Assembly: GCF_035481145.1 (NCBI RefSeq)
Contig: NZ_DATIHB010000008.1
Span: forward strand, 4,246 to 68,245
Reading direction: 5' to 3'
From: Nocardioides sp.
GTDB lineage: Bacteria; Actinomycetota; Actinomycetes; Propionibacteriales; Nocardioidaceae
Length of the DNA stretch: 64,000 bases
The notes under the pieces: model-generated
Told to the model about the DNA's origin: nothing
Databases searched by the model: none
Seen by the model: only the letters and a program-made list of their open reading frames with translations
Position numbers and translations under genes: made by a program
Shown here: positions 8,699 to 17,679 of the stretch, piece after piece
How the letters are laid out: every line of letters begins with the position of its first letter
Position numbering within the stretch: the first letter of the stretch is position 1

Positions 8699-9295
8699 AT
8701 GTGGAATCTCGAGCGCGATCCCTTCCTGCGTTACTCGTCAGCGCTCCACAAGGACATCGTCACCGACGGGTTCATTCGGATCCTGTCGGACACGGGGCTC
8801 GACGCCTTCTCGATGGCCGCGCTTGCTCGGTGGATGAAGGTGTCCGCTGCCGCAGTCGCGCAGCGGGCATCGAAGGCCGAGACTCTGCGGTTGATCGCGG
8901 TGGCCATGGCGGAGCGATGGCGCCGGTGGGCAACGCCGGTGTGGGTGCCTGAGGGCCAGGGCATGCTCCCGACACCGCTGCCCGCGACGGAGGCCGAGGC
9001 ACTCGGCGTCCGCGCCTGGCTCCTTGCCGGCGAGCTGGCGCGGACACGAGCGGCGGCAGGCGACGAGCGCCCTGCAGAGGCACTGGCCCTCGGGTGGGCA
9101 GCGGACCGTGCGAACTGGGAGGCGTGGTGGACGCGTTTGCCCACGGCCAGGGCCGCCGCCACTGACGGTGACTTCGAGGAGTTCTGGGTGGTGCTCCAGG
9201 GTGTGCGGATCTACCTCGCGTTCCTACCTGCTCCTGACCCAGCGCTGGTCGGCGCGGCGCAGAGGGTGCTCGCGCGCTTACTTGACGTTCATTAA
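8699..9295 (+). CDS. Divergent TetR-like HTH protein
   Basis: GLDAFSMAALARWMKVSAAAV resembles the TetR HTH; the rest is helical and unrecognised. Confidence 0.55.
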   Translation: MWNLERDPFLRYSSALHKDIVTDGFIRILSDTGLDAFSMAALARWMKVSAAAVAQRASKAETLRLIAVAMAERWRRWATPVWVPEGQGMLPTPLPATEAEALGVRAWLLAGELARTRAAAGDERPAEALALGWAADRANWEAWWTRLPTARAAATDGDFEEFWVVLQGVRIYLAFLPAPDPALVGAAQRVLARLLDVH

Positions 9296-9409
9296 GGGGC
9301 CTGGGGCGTATGAACCCAGCCCCTGCTTGTGCCGGACGTAGGTCGCTCGAGTCGCCCGGACCTCGTGGCCACGTCGCTCTTCCCAAGGGCACGCGCGCAT
9401 TAATGAAGG

Positions 9410-10012
9410 TTAATCAAGAGCGGCGGTGCCCACTCGACGGCCGAGGCGAGCCTGCGCGAGGGCGACCAGCTCCACCATGTCCTCGTCCTTGGTCGGCAGC
9501 GCGTCAACCGGCCACCAGCGCACGTCGAGTGACTCCTCGCTCACGGCATGCGCAGCACCCTCCGGCGCGACGGCCATGAAGCGGACGTCGAGGTGGTGCA
9601 CCTGGCGGGCGGAGTCGCCGCCGGACTCGGCCGCGGTCAGCGGGCCACCGCAGAACGGCACCGCGTGCTCGGAGAGCTGTACGGGGACCGGGTCGAGCGA
9701 CAGGCCGAGGAGTCCCGACTCCTCGCGCGCCTCCCGCAGCGCGGCTCCAGCCAGTGTGGCGTCGTCCTCCTCGCAGTGTCCGCCGAACTGGAACCACGCC
9801 TGCGCCTTCGCGTGCAGCGTGAGCAGCACCGATGACCCGTCGGCCGACAACACGAGCGTCGAGGCGGTGAGGTGGTCCGGCCGGCAGGCTCGGGTCATCG
9901 CATCAGGAGACCGCTCGAGGACCGAGAGGTACCGCTTCCTGAGCGCCTTCTGCGCCGCGGTGGGCGCGTTCCACTGCGCGAGCACGCGGCTCGCGTCGGC
10001 GTGCAGGCTCAC
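9410..10012 (-). CDS. NUDIX hydrolase
   Basis: HLTAS, GGHCEEDDATLAGAALREAREESG, HLDVRF. Confidence 0.9.
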   Translation of the reverse strand: MSLHADASRVLAQWNAPTAAQKALRKRYLSVLERSPDAMTRACRPDHLTASTLVLSADGSSVLLTLHAKAQAWFQFGGHCEEDDATLAGAALREAREESGLLGLSLDPVPVQLSEHAVPFCGGPLTAAESGGDSARQVHHLDVRFMAVAPEGAAHAVSEESLDVRWWPVDALPTKDEDMVELVALAQARLGRRVGTAALD

Positions 10013-11337
10013 GCCCGCGGCTCGTCCGACTCGCCGTCGCCCGGCCCGTCGAGCAGCTGCTGGAGCGCGGCGTCGAAGTCCTCAGCCGACATCTCCTCGG
10101 TCGGCATGTCGAGGCCCTCGCGGAAGCCGAGCGGGTCATCGAGATCGTCGGCAGTCGGGAGCAGGTCGGGGTGGAGCCAGACCGCGTCGCGCGCCTCGAG
10201 GCCCTGCCGCGTGCGCAGGGCACCCCAGAGGGTGGAGGCGTCGCGGAGCCGGCGCGGGCGCAGCTCGAGGCCGACCAGGGCGGCGAAGGTCTCCTCAGCG
10301 GGACCGCCGGCGGCGCGGCGGCGGCGTACGGCCTCGTGGAGCCGGGACGCGGAGGGCATCCGGTGGGCGGTGGCCTGGCCGACGACCTCGTCGACCCAGC
10401 CCTCGACGAGGGCGAGGGTGGTCTCGAGCCGGAGCAGCGCGGCCTCCTGGGCAGGGGTCTTCGTCGGAGCGAAGAGGCCGCCCTCGAGCGCGGACTGGAT
10501 CTCCTCCATGTTGGAGGGATCGAGGCTGCGCAGCTGCTCCTCGATGCCGGCGGTGTCGATCGTGATGCCGCGGCCGTAGTCGGCGACGGCCGTGAGGAGG
10601 TGCTCGCGCAGCCACGGCACGTGCGCGAAGAGGCGCTGGTGCGCGGCCTCGCGGAGGGCGAGGTAGAGGGTCACGTCCTCGAGGGAGACGTCGAGGCCGT
10701 CGGCGAACGACGCGATGTTGGTCGGCAGCAGGGCCGCGCGGCCGGTGGGACCGAGGGGGAGGCCGATGTCGGAGGCGGTGAGCACCTCGGAGGCCAGGCC
10801 CCCGATCGCGGTGCCGATCTGGCTGCCGAAGAGCGCGCCGCCCATCTGGGTGAGCATCCCGAGGAATGGTCCGGCCATCGCGGCGGCCTCGCCGGGGATC
10901 GCCTTGCCCATCGCGCCGACGACGTGCTCGGCGACGGGCTCGACCAGGCGCTGCCAGACCTCGCGGGTCGACTCGATCCACTCGGCGCGGCTCCACGCAG
11001 CGGTGGACGTGACGCCACTGTCGAAGTCGGTGGCCTCGTCGAGCCAGAGGTCGGCGAGGCGGACGGCGTCGGCGACTGCGGTCGACTGCGCCGAGTCGGG
11101 TGACGGGTCGGGCGAGGCCGCGACCGTACGCCGGGCGAGGTCGGTCGCGAGCTGCCAGTTCACCGGCCCGTCGAACGGCTGCATCATCGCCTGGACCTGG
11201 CTGAACAGGGCGCCGAGGTCGGGCATGCCCTGGGCACCGCCCTGTCCGAATGCCTGGCCGAAGAACTGCTCGAAGGGCGTGCCCTCGAAGGGGTTCTTCG
11301 GGTCGTCCTGATCGCCCTGTCCGGGGGTGTCGTTCAT
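10009..11337 (-). CDS. Zinc-dependent metalloprotease (DUF2342/Rv3195-like)
   Basis: GPVNW, REAAHQRLF, LALVEGWVD, LVGLELRPRRLR; ATG at 11337. Confidence 0.88.
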   Translation of the reverse strand: MNDTPGQGDQDDPKNPFEGTPFEQFFGQAFGQGGAQGMPDLGALFSQVQAMMQPFDGPVNWQLATDLARRTVAASPDPSPDSAQSTAVADAVRLADLWLDEATDFDSGVTSTAAWSRAEWIESTREVWQRLVEPVAEHVVGAMGKAIPGEAAAMAGPFLGMLTQMGGALFGSQIGTAIGGLASEVLTASDIGLPLGPTGRAALLPTNIASFADGLDVSLEDVTLYLALREAAHQRLFAHVPWLREHLLTAVADYGRGITIDTAGIEEQLRSLDPSNMEEIQSALEGGLFAPTKTPAQEAALLRLETTLALVEGWVDEVVGQATAHRMPSASRLHEAVRRRRAAGGPAEETFAALVGLELRPRRLRDASTLWGALRTRQGLEARDAVWLHPDLLPTADDLDDPLGFREGLDMPTEEMSAEDFDAALQQLLDGPGDGESDEPRA

Positions 11338-11361
11338 GCCGATCACGGTACCCTTCCGCGC

Positions 11362-11865
11362 ATGACGGACGGACGTGTGGAGGGGGTCGTGCGGCTCGTC
11401 GCGATCCGCGACACCGCGCTCGACGTGACGGAGGTCCTCGACGCGCTGGGCGACGACTCCGCCGGTGGGCTCAACCTCTTCGTGGGCCGGGTCCGCGACC
11501 ATGACCGGCGCGGCGGCTGTGGTCATGAGCACCAGGACGGCGGCGGCGAGGGCGACGCGGCGTACGGCGAGAGCGTGGAGGTCGAGGGTCTCGGCTACTC
11601 CGCCCACCCGACTGCGGCCGAGCGGCTCCGTGAGGTGTGCGAGCAGGTGGCTGCGCGCCACGACGTGAGGGCGCTGGCGGCGGTCCACCGGGTCGGCGAG
11701 CTGGTCATCGGCGACACCGCCGTGATCGTCGCGACGGCTGCTGCGCACCGGGGCGAGGCCTTCGCAGCGACCCGCGACCTGATCGACACGTTGAAGGCCG
11801 ACGTGCCGATCTGGAAACACCAGCGCTTCGCCGACGGCTCGGATGAGTGGGTCGGTACCCCCTGA
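11362..11865 (+). CDS. moaE: Molybdopterin synthase catalytic subunit MoaE
   Basis: FVGRVRDHD, YSAHP, HRVGEL, AHRGEAF, LKADVPIWK. Confidence 0.9.
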   Translation: MTDGRVEGVVRLVAIRDTALDVTEVLDALGDDSAGGLNLFVGRVRDHDRRGGCGHEHQDGGGEGDAAYGESVEVEGLGYSAHPTAAERLREVCEQVAARHDVRALAAVHRVGELVIGDTAVIVATAAAHRGEAFAATRDLIDTLKADVPIWKHQRFADGSDEWVGTP

Positions 11866-11883
11866 CCCCGTAGGCTGCCTGTC

Positions 11884-12120
11884 GTGGACCTGGGAATCCT
11901 GTGGTGGCTGGCTCCGCCCGTCGTCGTCACGCTCGCTGCCATCGCCTGGGTGGTCTGGGCGGGGGAGGAGCGCGGCCCCGTCGACCCGGAGGTCGCCGCC
12001 GAGCGCATGGCGCGTGCGCTGCGCAAGGAGCACCCCGGCCAGAAGGTGCAGGGTCCGGCTGCCACGCGCCCGCGCGACCGCAGCACGGGCATCGCCGTGC
12101 GCCCGTCCCGCGGTGAGTGA
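11884..12120 (+). CDS. Small N-terminally anchored membrane protein
   Basis: Hydrophobic N-terminus LWWLAPPVVVTLAAIAWVVW; lies within the operon. Confidence 0.6.
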   Translation: MDLGILWWLAPPVVVTLAAIAWVVWAGEERGPVDPEVAAERMARALRKEHPGQKVQGPAATRPRDRSTGIAVRPSRGE

Positions 12121-12151
12121 GCCCGCGGCGCCCGATGCCCACGGCCCCGGG

Positions 12152-13219
12152 ATGAGCCGCCACACCCTCGCGATCGCTGTCGCCGCCCTGGTGACGGTCG
12201 TCGGCGTCATCGCGGCGACCGTGCTGCCGATGCCGTACGTCCGCTTCGAGCCCGGCACGACGGTCGACCTCCTCTCCGAGGACCGGGGCACGGAGCGGAT
12301 CGAGGTGCACGGCCACGAGTCCTACGCCGACGGGGGCGAGCTGCGGATGACGACCGTCAAGGCCACCCAGCCCAAGTCCGGCATCTCGCTGCTCTCGGCG
12401 ATGAGCGGCTGGCTCGCCGACAGTGACGCCGTCAAGCCGTACGACGACGTGTACGGCGAGCGCGACACCGCTGTCTCGAAGCAGAGCCAGGCCTCGATCC
12501 AGATGGCCACCTCGCAGGACGTCGCGGTCGCGGCGGCGATGATCCACCTCGGCATCAAGGTCCCGATGGTCCCGGTGGTCGGCCCGATCGAGCCGGGGCT
12601 CCCTGCCGACGGCGCCCTCGTCGAGCGCGATCGCTATGTGCGGATCGGCGGCCAGACGATCCGCAGCTGGGACGACGTGGTGCGCGTGGTCTCGCGCGCC
12701 CGGCCCGGCAAGCCGCTCACCTTCGTGGTCGAGCGCGACGGCAAGCAGCTCTCCATTCCGGTGACCCCGCGCCGCATCGACGGCCGCACCGTGGTCGGCG
12801 TACGCCAGGCGTTCGACTTCAAGATGCCGTTCGAGGTGGAGATCCACCTGCCCGACGGCATCGGCGGCCCGAGCGCGGGCCTCATGTTCGCGCTCTCGGT
12901 CGTCGACACGCTGACCCCCGGATCGCTGACGCGTGGCAGTCGGGTCGCCGGCACGGGCGAGATGGCGGACCCGCAGGGCCGCGTCGGCGCGATCGGAGGC
13001 ATCCAGCAGAAGATCGCGGGTGCGCGCGAGGCCGGCGCCGAGCTCTTCCTGGTGCCCGTCGCCAACTGCGACGAGGCCGTGCTGGCCAGGCCCGGTGCGA
13101 TGCGGCTCGCGCCGGTCGCCACCCTGACCGAGGCCGAGAAGATCGTTTCCACCTATGCCGCGGACCACCGCGCCAAGCTCCCGACCTGCGAAGAGGTGCT
13201 CCGTGACGCAGCCCAGTGA
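12152..13219 (+). CDS. PDZ-domain Lon-like (S16/YlbL) protease
   Basis: N-terminal TM, PDZ domain, IGGPSAGLMF (catalytic Ser), IGGIQQK (Lys); alternative GTG at 12113. Confidence 0.9.
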   Translation: MSRHTLAIAVAALVTVVGVIAATVLPMPYVRFEPGTTVDLLSEDRGTERIEVHGHESYADGGELRMTTVKATQPKSGISLLSAMSGWLADSDAVKPYDDVYGERDTAVSKQSQASIQMATSQDVAVAAAMIHLGIKVPMVPVVGPIEPGLPADGALVERDRYVRIGGQTIRSWDDVVRVVSRARPGKPLTFVVERDGKQLSIPVTPRRIDGRTVVGVRQAFDFKMPFEVEIHLPDGIGGPSAGLMFALSVVDTLTPGSLTRGSRVAGTGEMADPQGRVGAIGGIQQKIAGAREAGAELFLVPVANCDEAVLARPGAMRLAPVATLTEAEKIVSTYAADHRAKLPTCEEVLRDAAQ

Positions 13220-13757
13220 CCAGCCGACCCCCGAGGGCGCGTTCGACCGCGCCCTCGCCGAGGCGGTCGTCGAGATCGAGGACCACGCGGCCGAGGCGGG
13301 CTGGGACGGTCAGGCCCGCCTCTTCGCACTCGTCGACACGCAGGCCCTGGCGGCCGCCGAGCCCGCGCTCGCCGAGGCACTCGGACTCGACGCGGCTGCC
13401 GAGGGGCTCACGCCGGTCGAGCAGGACCTCGAGCCGGGCCAGCAGCTGGAGCAGGTGCTGGAGCAGATCGGCTGGCCCGAGGAGGTCGCCGGCTGCGCGG
13501 TCGTCGTCGAGCGGCTGGTTCTGCCGCCGGCGGTCGAGGGCGAGGTCCCCGAGGGTCTCGAGGAGGCGCGGGCCTTCGCGGCGGACCACCCCGATCGCCA
13601 GGAGGTGCGCATCGTGGCCGGCGTCAACCGTGCTGGCGCGAGCTGGTGCACGCTGCGCCTGCGCGAGCACGACCGCACCGAGGACGTCATCGGTGGCGTC
13701 GACCTGGTCCCGGCGCTGCTGGCGCTGCTGCACGGCACACTGGAGGATGAAGCATGA
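13203..13757 (+). CDS. PPA1309 family protein
   Basis: GWDGQARLFALV, IGWP..V.GCAVVVERLVLPP, HPDRQEVR. Confidence 0.8.
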   Translation: MTQPSDQPTPEGAFDRALAEAVVEIEDHAAEAGWDGQARLFALVDTQALAAAEPALAEALGLDAAAEGLTPVEQDLEPGQQLEQVLEQIGWPEEVAGCAVVVERLVLPPAVEGEVPEGLEEARAFAADHPDRQEVRIVAGVNRAGASWCTLRLREHDRTEDVIGGVDLVPALLALLHGTLEDEA

Positions 13758-16735
13758 GCTCGATCTTCGATGACAATCCGGGCGGCGCTCCGGCACCGGC
13801 GGCGGGCAGGCCTGGCTGGGCCCGTGGCGTCCTGATCACGGCAGTGGTGCTGATCGTGCTCTTCTTCGCGATGAGCAGCTTCACCGGCTTCTGGACCGAA
13901 CGGCTCTGGTTCGACTCGACCGGCTTCGGCTCGGTCTTCAGCCACCTCATCATCACCAAGATCGGGCTCTTCCTCGTCTTCGGCGGCATCATGGCCGCGA
14001 CGGTCACCGCGAACGCCGTGGTCGCCTACCGCCTGCGTCCGCTCTTCCGCCCGGCGAGCCCGGAGCAGGTCGGCCTGGACCGCTACCGCCAGGCGATCGC
14101 CCCGGTGCGCCTCTGGGTGCTGCTCGGCCTCGCCGTGGTGACGGGCGCCTTCGCCGGCGGCGCAGGCGCCGACGCCTGGCGCGACTACCTCCTGTGGCGC
14201 AACCAGGTGCCGTTCGGGAGCAAGGACCCCTACTTCAACAAGGACAAGGGCTTCTACGTCTTCGAGCTCCCGTGGCTGCACCACGTCGTGGACTTCGCCA
14301 TGGCCGTCTTCGTCGTCTCCCTGCTGGTCACCCTCGTCGTGCACTACCTGTACGGCGGGATCCGGCTGCAGGCGACCCGTGACCGGCTCTCGGGTCCGGC
14401 GGCTGCCCAGATCTCGGTGCTGCTCGGCCTCTTCGTGCTCGTGAAGGCAGCCGACTACTGGCTCGACCGCTACGACCTTCTCAACAGCGGGGGAGGGGTC
14501 GTGGACGGCATCACCTACACCGACGACCACGCAGTCATGCCGGCGAAGACGATCCTGATGTCGATCGCGATCATCTGCGCGCTGCTCTTCTTCGCCAACG
14601 TCGTCCGGCGGACCTGGATGCTCCCGTCGGTGGGTCTGGCCCTGCTCCTGCTCTCCGCGATCCTGCTCGGTCTGATCTGGCCCGGAGCAGTCCAGCAGTT
14701 CCAGGTCGGCCCTTCGCAGCCCGACAAGGAAAGGGAATACATCGCCCGCAACATCGAGGCGACACGTGAGGCATACGGCATCGCCGATGCCGAGGTGACG
14801 CCGTACGCCGGCAAGAGCGCGCTGACCCAGCAGGAGCAGCGCGACGAGCTGGGCAACACCCCGGGGATCCGTCTGGTCGACCCGCAGCTGATCCGCTCGG
14901 CGTTCGAGAACCAGCAGCAGCTCCGCAAGTACTTCTCCGTCGCCGACGTCCTCGACGTCGACCGTTACCAGGTCAACGGGCGCGAGCGCGACATCGTCCT
15001 CGGCGTCCGCGAGATCGACCAGACCGGCATCCCCGACGACGCCAAGAACTGGTCGAACCTCCACACCGTCTACACCCATGGCTACGGCGTCATCGCGGCG
15101 TACGGCAATCAGCGCGACGCCGACTTCCGCGAGCAGGAGCTCCCTGACAACCCGGAGTGGGCCGGCAAGGGTGCATCCGACGCGTCCAGTGACCTCGCGC
15201 CGGACGGCTACCGCCCGCAGATCTACTTCGGTGAGCAGTCACCGGACTACTCCATCGTCGGCAAGCCCTCGAAGGACGCCCGCGACGTCGAGCTCGACCA
15301 GCCGTCCGAGGGCGACGAGGACGCCACCAGCACCTACGACGGCAAGGCGGGCGTCGCCATCGGCAGCACCTTCCGTCAGCTGCTCTACGCGTGGAAGTAC
15401 GGTGATCCGACGATCGCGCTGTCGGGTCGGGTGTACGACACCTCGAAGATCCTCTACGACCGCAAGCCGAGCCAGATGGTGGAGAAGGTCGCGCCCTGGC
15501 TGACGGTCGACAGCGACCCGTTCCCGGCGATCGTCGATGGCAAGGTGGTCTGGCTCCTCGATGGCTACACGACGACCGACCAGTACCCGCTCTCGCAGCA
15601 CGGTTCGTACGAGGAGATGACCTCGGACTCGCTGGCGAGCCCGACGGAGTTCCGGACGCTGCCGACCGACGAGATCAACTACATGCGCAACGCGGTGAAG
15701 GCCGTGGTCGACGCGTACGACGGCACGGTCACGCTCTACGCGTGGGACGAGAAGGACCCGATCCTGAAGTCCTGGCGCAAGGCGTTCCCGGGCACGGTCA
15801 AGGACAAGGACGAGATCCCGGCCGAGGTGCTCGACCACATGCGCTACCCGGAGGACCTCTTCAAGGTGCAGCGCTACCAGCTGCAGCGCTATCACGTGAC
15901 CAACGCGGACAACTTCTACGCGGGCAAGGAACGCTGGGAGGTGCCGGCGGATCCGACGGTGGATGCGCCTGCGAACGCTGCGAAGCAGCTGCAGCCGCCG
16001 TACCGGCTCTCGGTGCGCACGAGCGATGCGGCCGACCCGGTCTTCTCGTTGACCTCGACCTTCGTGCCGAAGGACAAGAGCAACCTGGCGGCGTTCGTCT
16101 CGGTCGACGGCGACGCGTCGCGCGAGAGCTACGGCAAGATCCGGATCCTGGAGCTCCCCTCCACCGGGCCGGTCCGTGGTCCGTCGCAGATCGCCAACGA
16201 CTTCGCGACCGACTCTGCCATCCAGGCGAAGCTGACCCAGTTCAACGTCAGCCAGAACATCAGCAAGGTCTACGGCAACCTGCTCACCCTGCCGGTTGGC
16301 GACAGCCTGCTCTACGTGCAGCCGCTCTACACGAAGAAGGCGGGCGCCGAGACTTCCGGCAACTTCCCGGTCCTCAACTTCGTCCTGGTCTCCTTCGGCG
16401 ACCGGTTGGCGATCGCGACGACGATGTCCGAGGCGATCGCCGAGGTGCTGCGGGTCGAGAACGATGACCGCCCGAGCGGAGGCGGTGAAGGACCGGACGA
16501 CGGCCCCGGCGGTCCTGTCCTCGATGACGAGGTCGTCTCCCTGCTCCAGCGCGCTGACCGCCAGTTCGCGCAGGCGAAACAGGCACTCAGCGACGGTGAC
16601 CTGGCGGGGTACCAGGAGCACACGGTCGAGGCAGAGCGCCTCGTCGGCCGGGCGCTCGAGGTTGCCCAGGCGACGCCGTCGCCGTCGGCTGCCCCGTCTG
16701 CCTCGCCGTCGCCGTCCGCCTCGGCCAAGCCCTGA
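13754..16735 (+). CDS. UPF0182 family membrane protein
   Basis: 993 aa, multi-TM N-terminus, DPYFNKD.GFYVF.LP, HTVYTHGYG, NYMRNAVKA, RYPEDLF. Confidence 0.93.
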   Translation: MSSIFDDNPGGAPAPAAGRPGWARGVLITAVVLIVLFFAMSSFTGFWTERLWFDSTGFGSVFSHLIITKIGLFLVFGGIMAATVTANAVVAYRLRPLFRPASPEQVGLDRYRQAIAPVRLWVLLGLAVVTGAFAGGAGADAWRDYLLWRNQVPFGSKDPYFNKDKGFYVFELPWLHHVVDFAMAVFVVSLLVTLVVHYLYGGIRLQATRDRLSGPAAAQISVLLGLFVLVKAADYWLDRYDLLNSGGGVVDGITYTDDHAVMPAKTILMSIAIICALLFFANVVRRTWMLPSVGLALLLLSAILLGLIWPGAVQQFQVGPSQPDKEREYIARNIEATREAYGIADAEVTPYAGKSALTQQEQRDELGNTPGIRLVDPQLIRSAFENQQQLRKYFSVADVLDVDRYQVNGRERDIVLGVREIDQTGIPDDAKNWSNLHTVYTHGYGVIAAYGNQRDADFREQELPDNPEWAGKGASDASSDLAPDGYRPQIYFGEQSPDYSIVGKPSKDARDVELDQPSEGDEDATSTYDGKAGVAIGSTFRQLLYAWKYGDPTIALSGRVYDTSKILYDRKPSQMVEKVAPWLTVDSDPFPAIVDGKVVWLLDGYTTTDQYPLSQHGSYEEMTSDSLASPTEFRTLPTDEINYMRNAVKAVVDAYDGTVTLYAWDEKDPILKSWRKAFPGTVKDKDEIPAEVLDHMRYPEDLFKVQRYQLQRYHVTNADNFYAGKERWEVPADPTVDAPANAAKQLQPPYRLSVRTSDAADPVFSLTSTFVPKDKSNLAAFVSVDGDASRESYGKIRILELPSTGPVRGPSQIANDFATDSAIQAKLTQFNVSQNISKVYGNLLTLPVGDSLLYVQPLYTKKAGAETSGNFPVLNFVLVSFGDRLAIATTMSEAIAEVLRVENDDRPSGGGEGPDDGPGGPVLDDEVVSLLQRADRQFAQAKQALSDGDLAGYQEHTVEAERLVGRALEVAQATPSPSAAPSASPSPSASAKP

Positions 16736-16758
16736 GGAGGATCACTCGCTGACGAAGG

Positions 16759-17403
16759 TCAGGCGCTGAGCGGCTGCGGCTCGGTCGTGAGCGCGCTGAC
16801 CGTCGCCATCGCCTGACGGGCGTTGGCGGTGATTGCCTGCCAGTCGTGCGTGCGGATCAGCTCGGCCGGAGCGATCCAGGTGCCGCCGACGGCGTCGACG
16901 TTCGGCAGCGCGAGGTAGCGGGCGGCGTTGTCGAGGGTGATGCCGCCGGTCGCGCAGAAGCGGAGCCGGGGGAGTGGCCCGTTGAGCGCGCCGAGGTACG
17001 CCGGACCGCCGGCCGCCTCGGCGGGGAAGAAGCGGACCTCGGTGAGACCGCGCTCCTGCAGCTCCATGGCCTCGCCGGCGGTGGAGCAGCCGGGGAGGTA
17101 GGGGATGCCGGTTGCGAGGATGCCGTCGAGCAGGGCGGGGGTGGGGCCCGCGGAGGCGACGAAGGCCGCGCCGACGCTGGCAGCCAGGACGGCCTGCGAG
17201 GTGCGGGTGATGGTGCCCGCGCCGACGACGATGTCCGGCACCTCGGTGGCGATCCGCTCGATGCTGACGAGGGAGGCGCTGGTGCGCGCCGCGACCTCGA
17301 CAACGCCGATGCCTCCGTCGAGGAGGGCACGGGCGACGTCCACCGCGCGGCTCGGGTCTTCGAGAACGACTGCGGGGATGACAGGGCTGGTCAGGATGGT
17401 CAT
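16759..17403 (-). CDS. KDPG/KHG aldolase (Eda) homologue with the catalytic Lys replaced by Arg
   Basis: VGAGT, LPGCST.GE, EVRFFPAE (canonical KFFPA), TGGI, VGGTW. Confidence 0.8.
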   Translation of the reverse strand: MTILTSPVIPAVVLEDPSRAVDVARALLDGGIGVVEVAARTSASLVSIERIATEVPDIVVGAGTITRTSQAVLAASVGAAFVASAGPTPALLDGILATGIPYLPGCSTAGEAMELQERGLTEVRFFPAEAAGGPAYLGALNGPLPRLRFCATGGITLDNAARYLALPNVDAVGGTWIAPAELIRTHDWQAITANARQAMATVSALTTEPQPLSA

Positions 17404-17540
17404 GGGACTACGATCGTCCACTTTTGCGCGCGAAGCAAGCATAAGTAGGGATCAATCTGGCGTAATCCCGCCGTCGGCGACGTTGCGAAGGGGGCCGATT
17501 TGGAGCGTCATGAGGGATGCCGTAAGGTTGTGTTCACCGA

Positions 17541-17617
17541 CGCGGGGTGGAGCAGCTCGGTAGCTCGCTGGGCTCATAACCCAGAGGTCGCAGGTTCAAA
17601 TCCTGTCCCCGCTACCA
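17541..17617 (+). tRNA. tRNA-Met (CAT), initiator type
   Basis: Cloverleaf, CAT anticodon with three consecutive G-C pairs in the anticodon stem, C1:A72 mismatch, GGTTCAAATCC T-loop, encoded CCA. Confidence 0.97.
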
Positions 17618-17620
17618 AAT

Positions 17621-17656
17621 TTTCAGGCTCGGAATCTTCGGATTCCGGGCCTGAAA
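17621..17656. terminator. Bidirectional terminator after tRNA-Met
   Basis: 16-bp stem TTTCAGGCTCGGAATC-TTCG-GATTCCGGGCCTGAAA. Confidence 0.85.
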
Positions 17657-17679
17657 GCATTTCGGGGCGCGAGCGGGTG

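Noticed and set aside
10009-11337. Metalloprotease with REAAH instead of HEXXH as a pseudogene
   Set aside because: To my knowledge this variant is usual in the Rv3195-like subfamily, and the ORF is intact.
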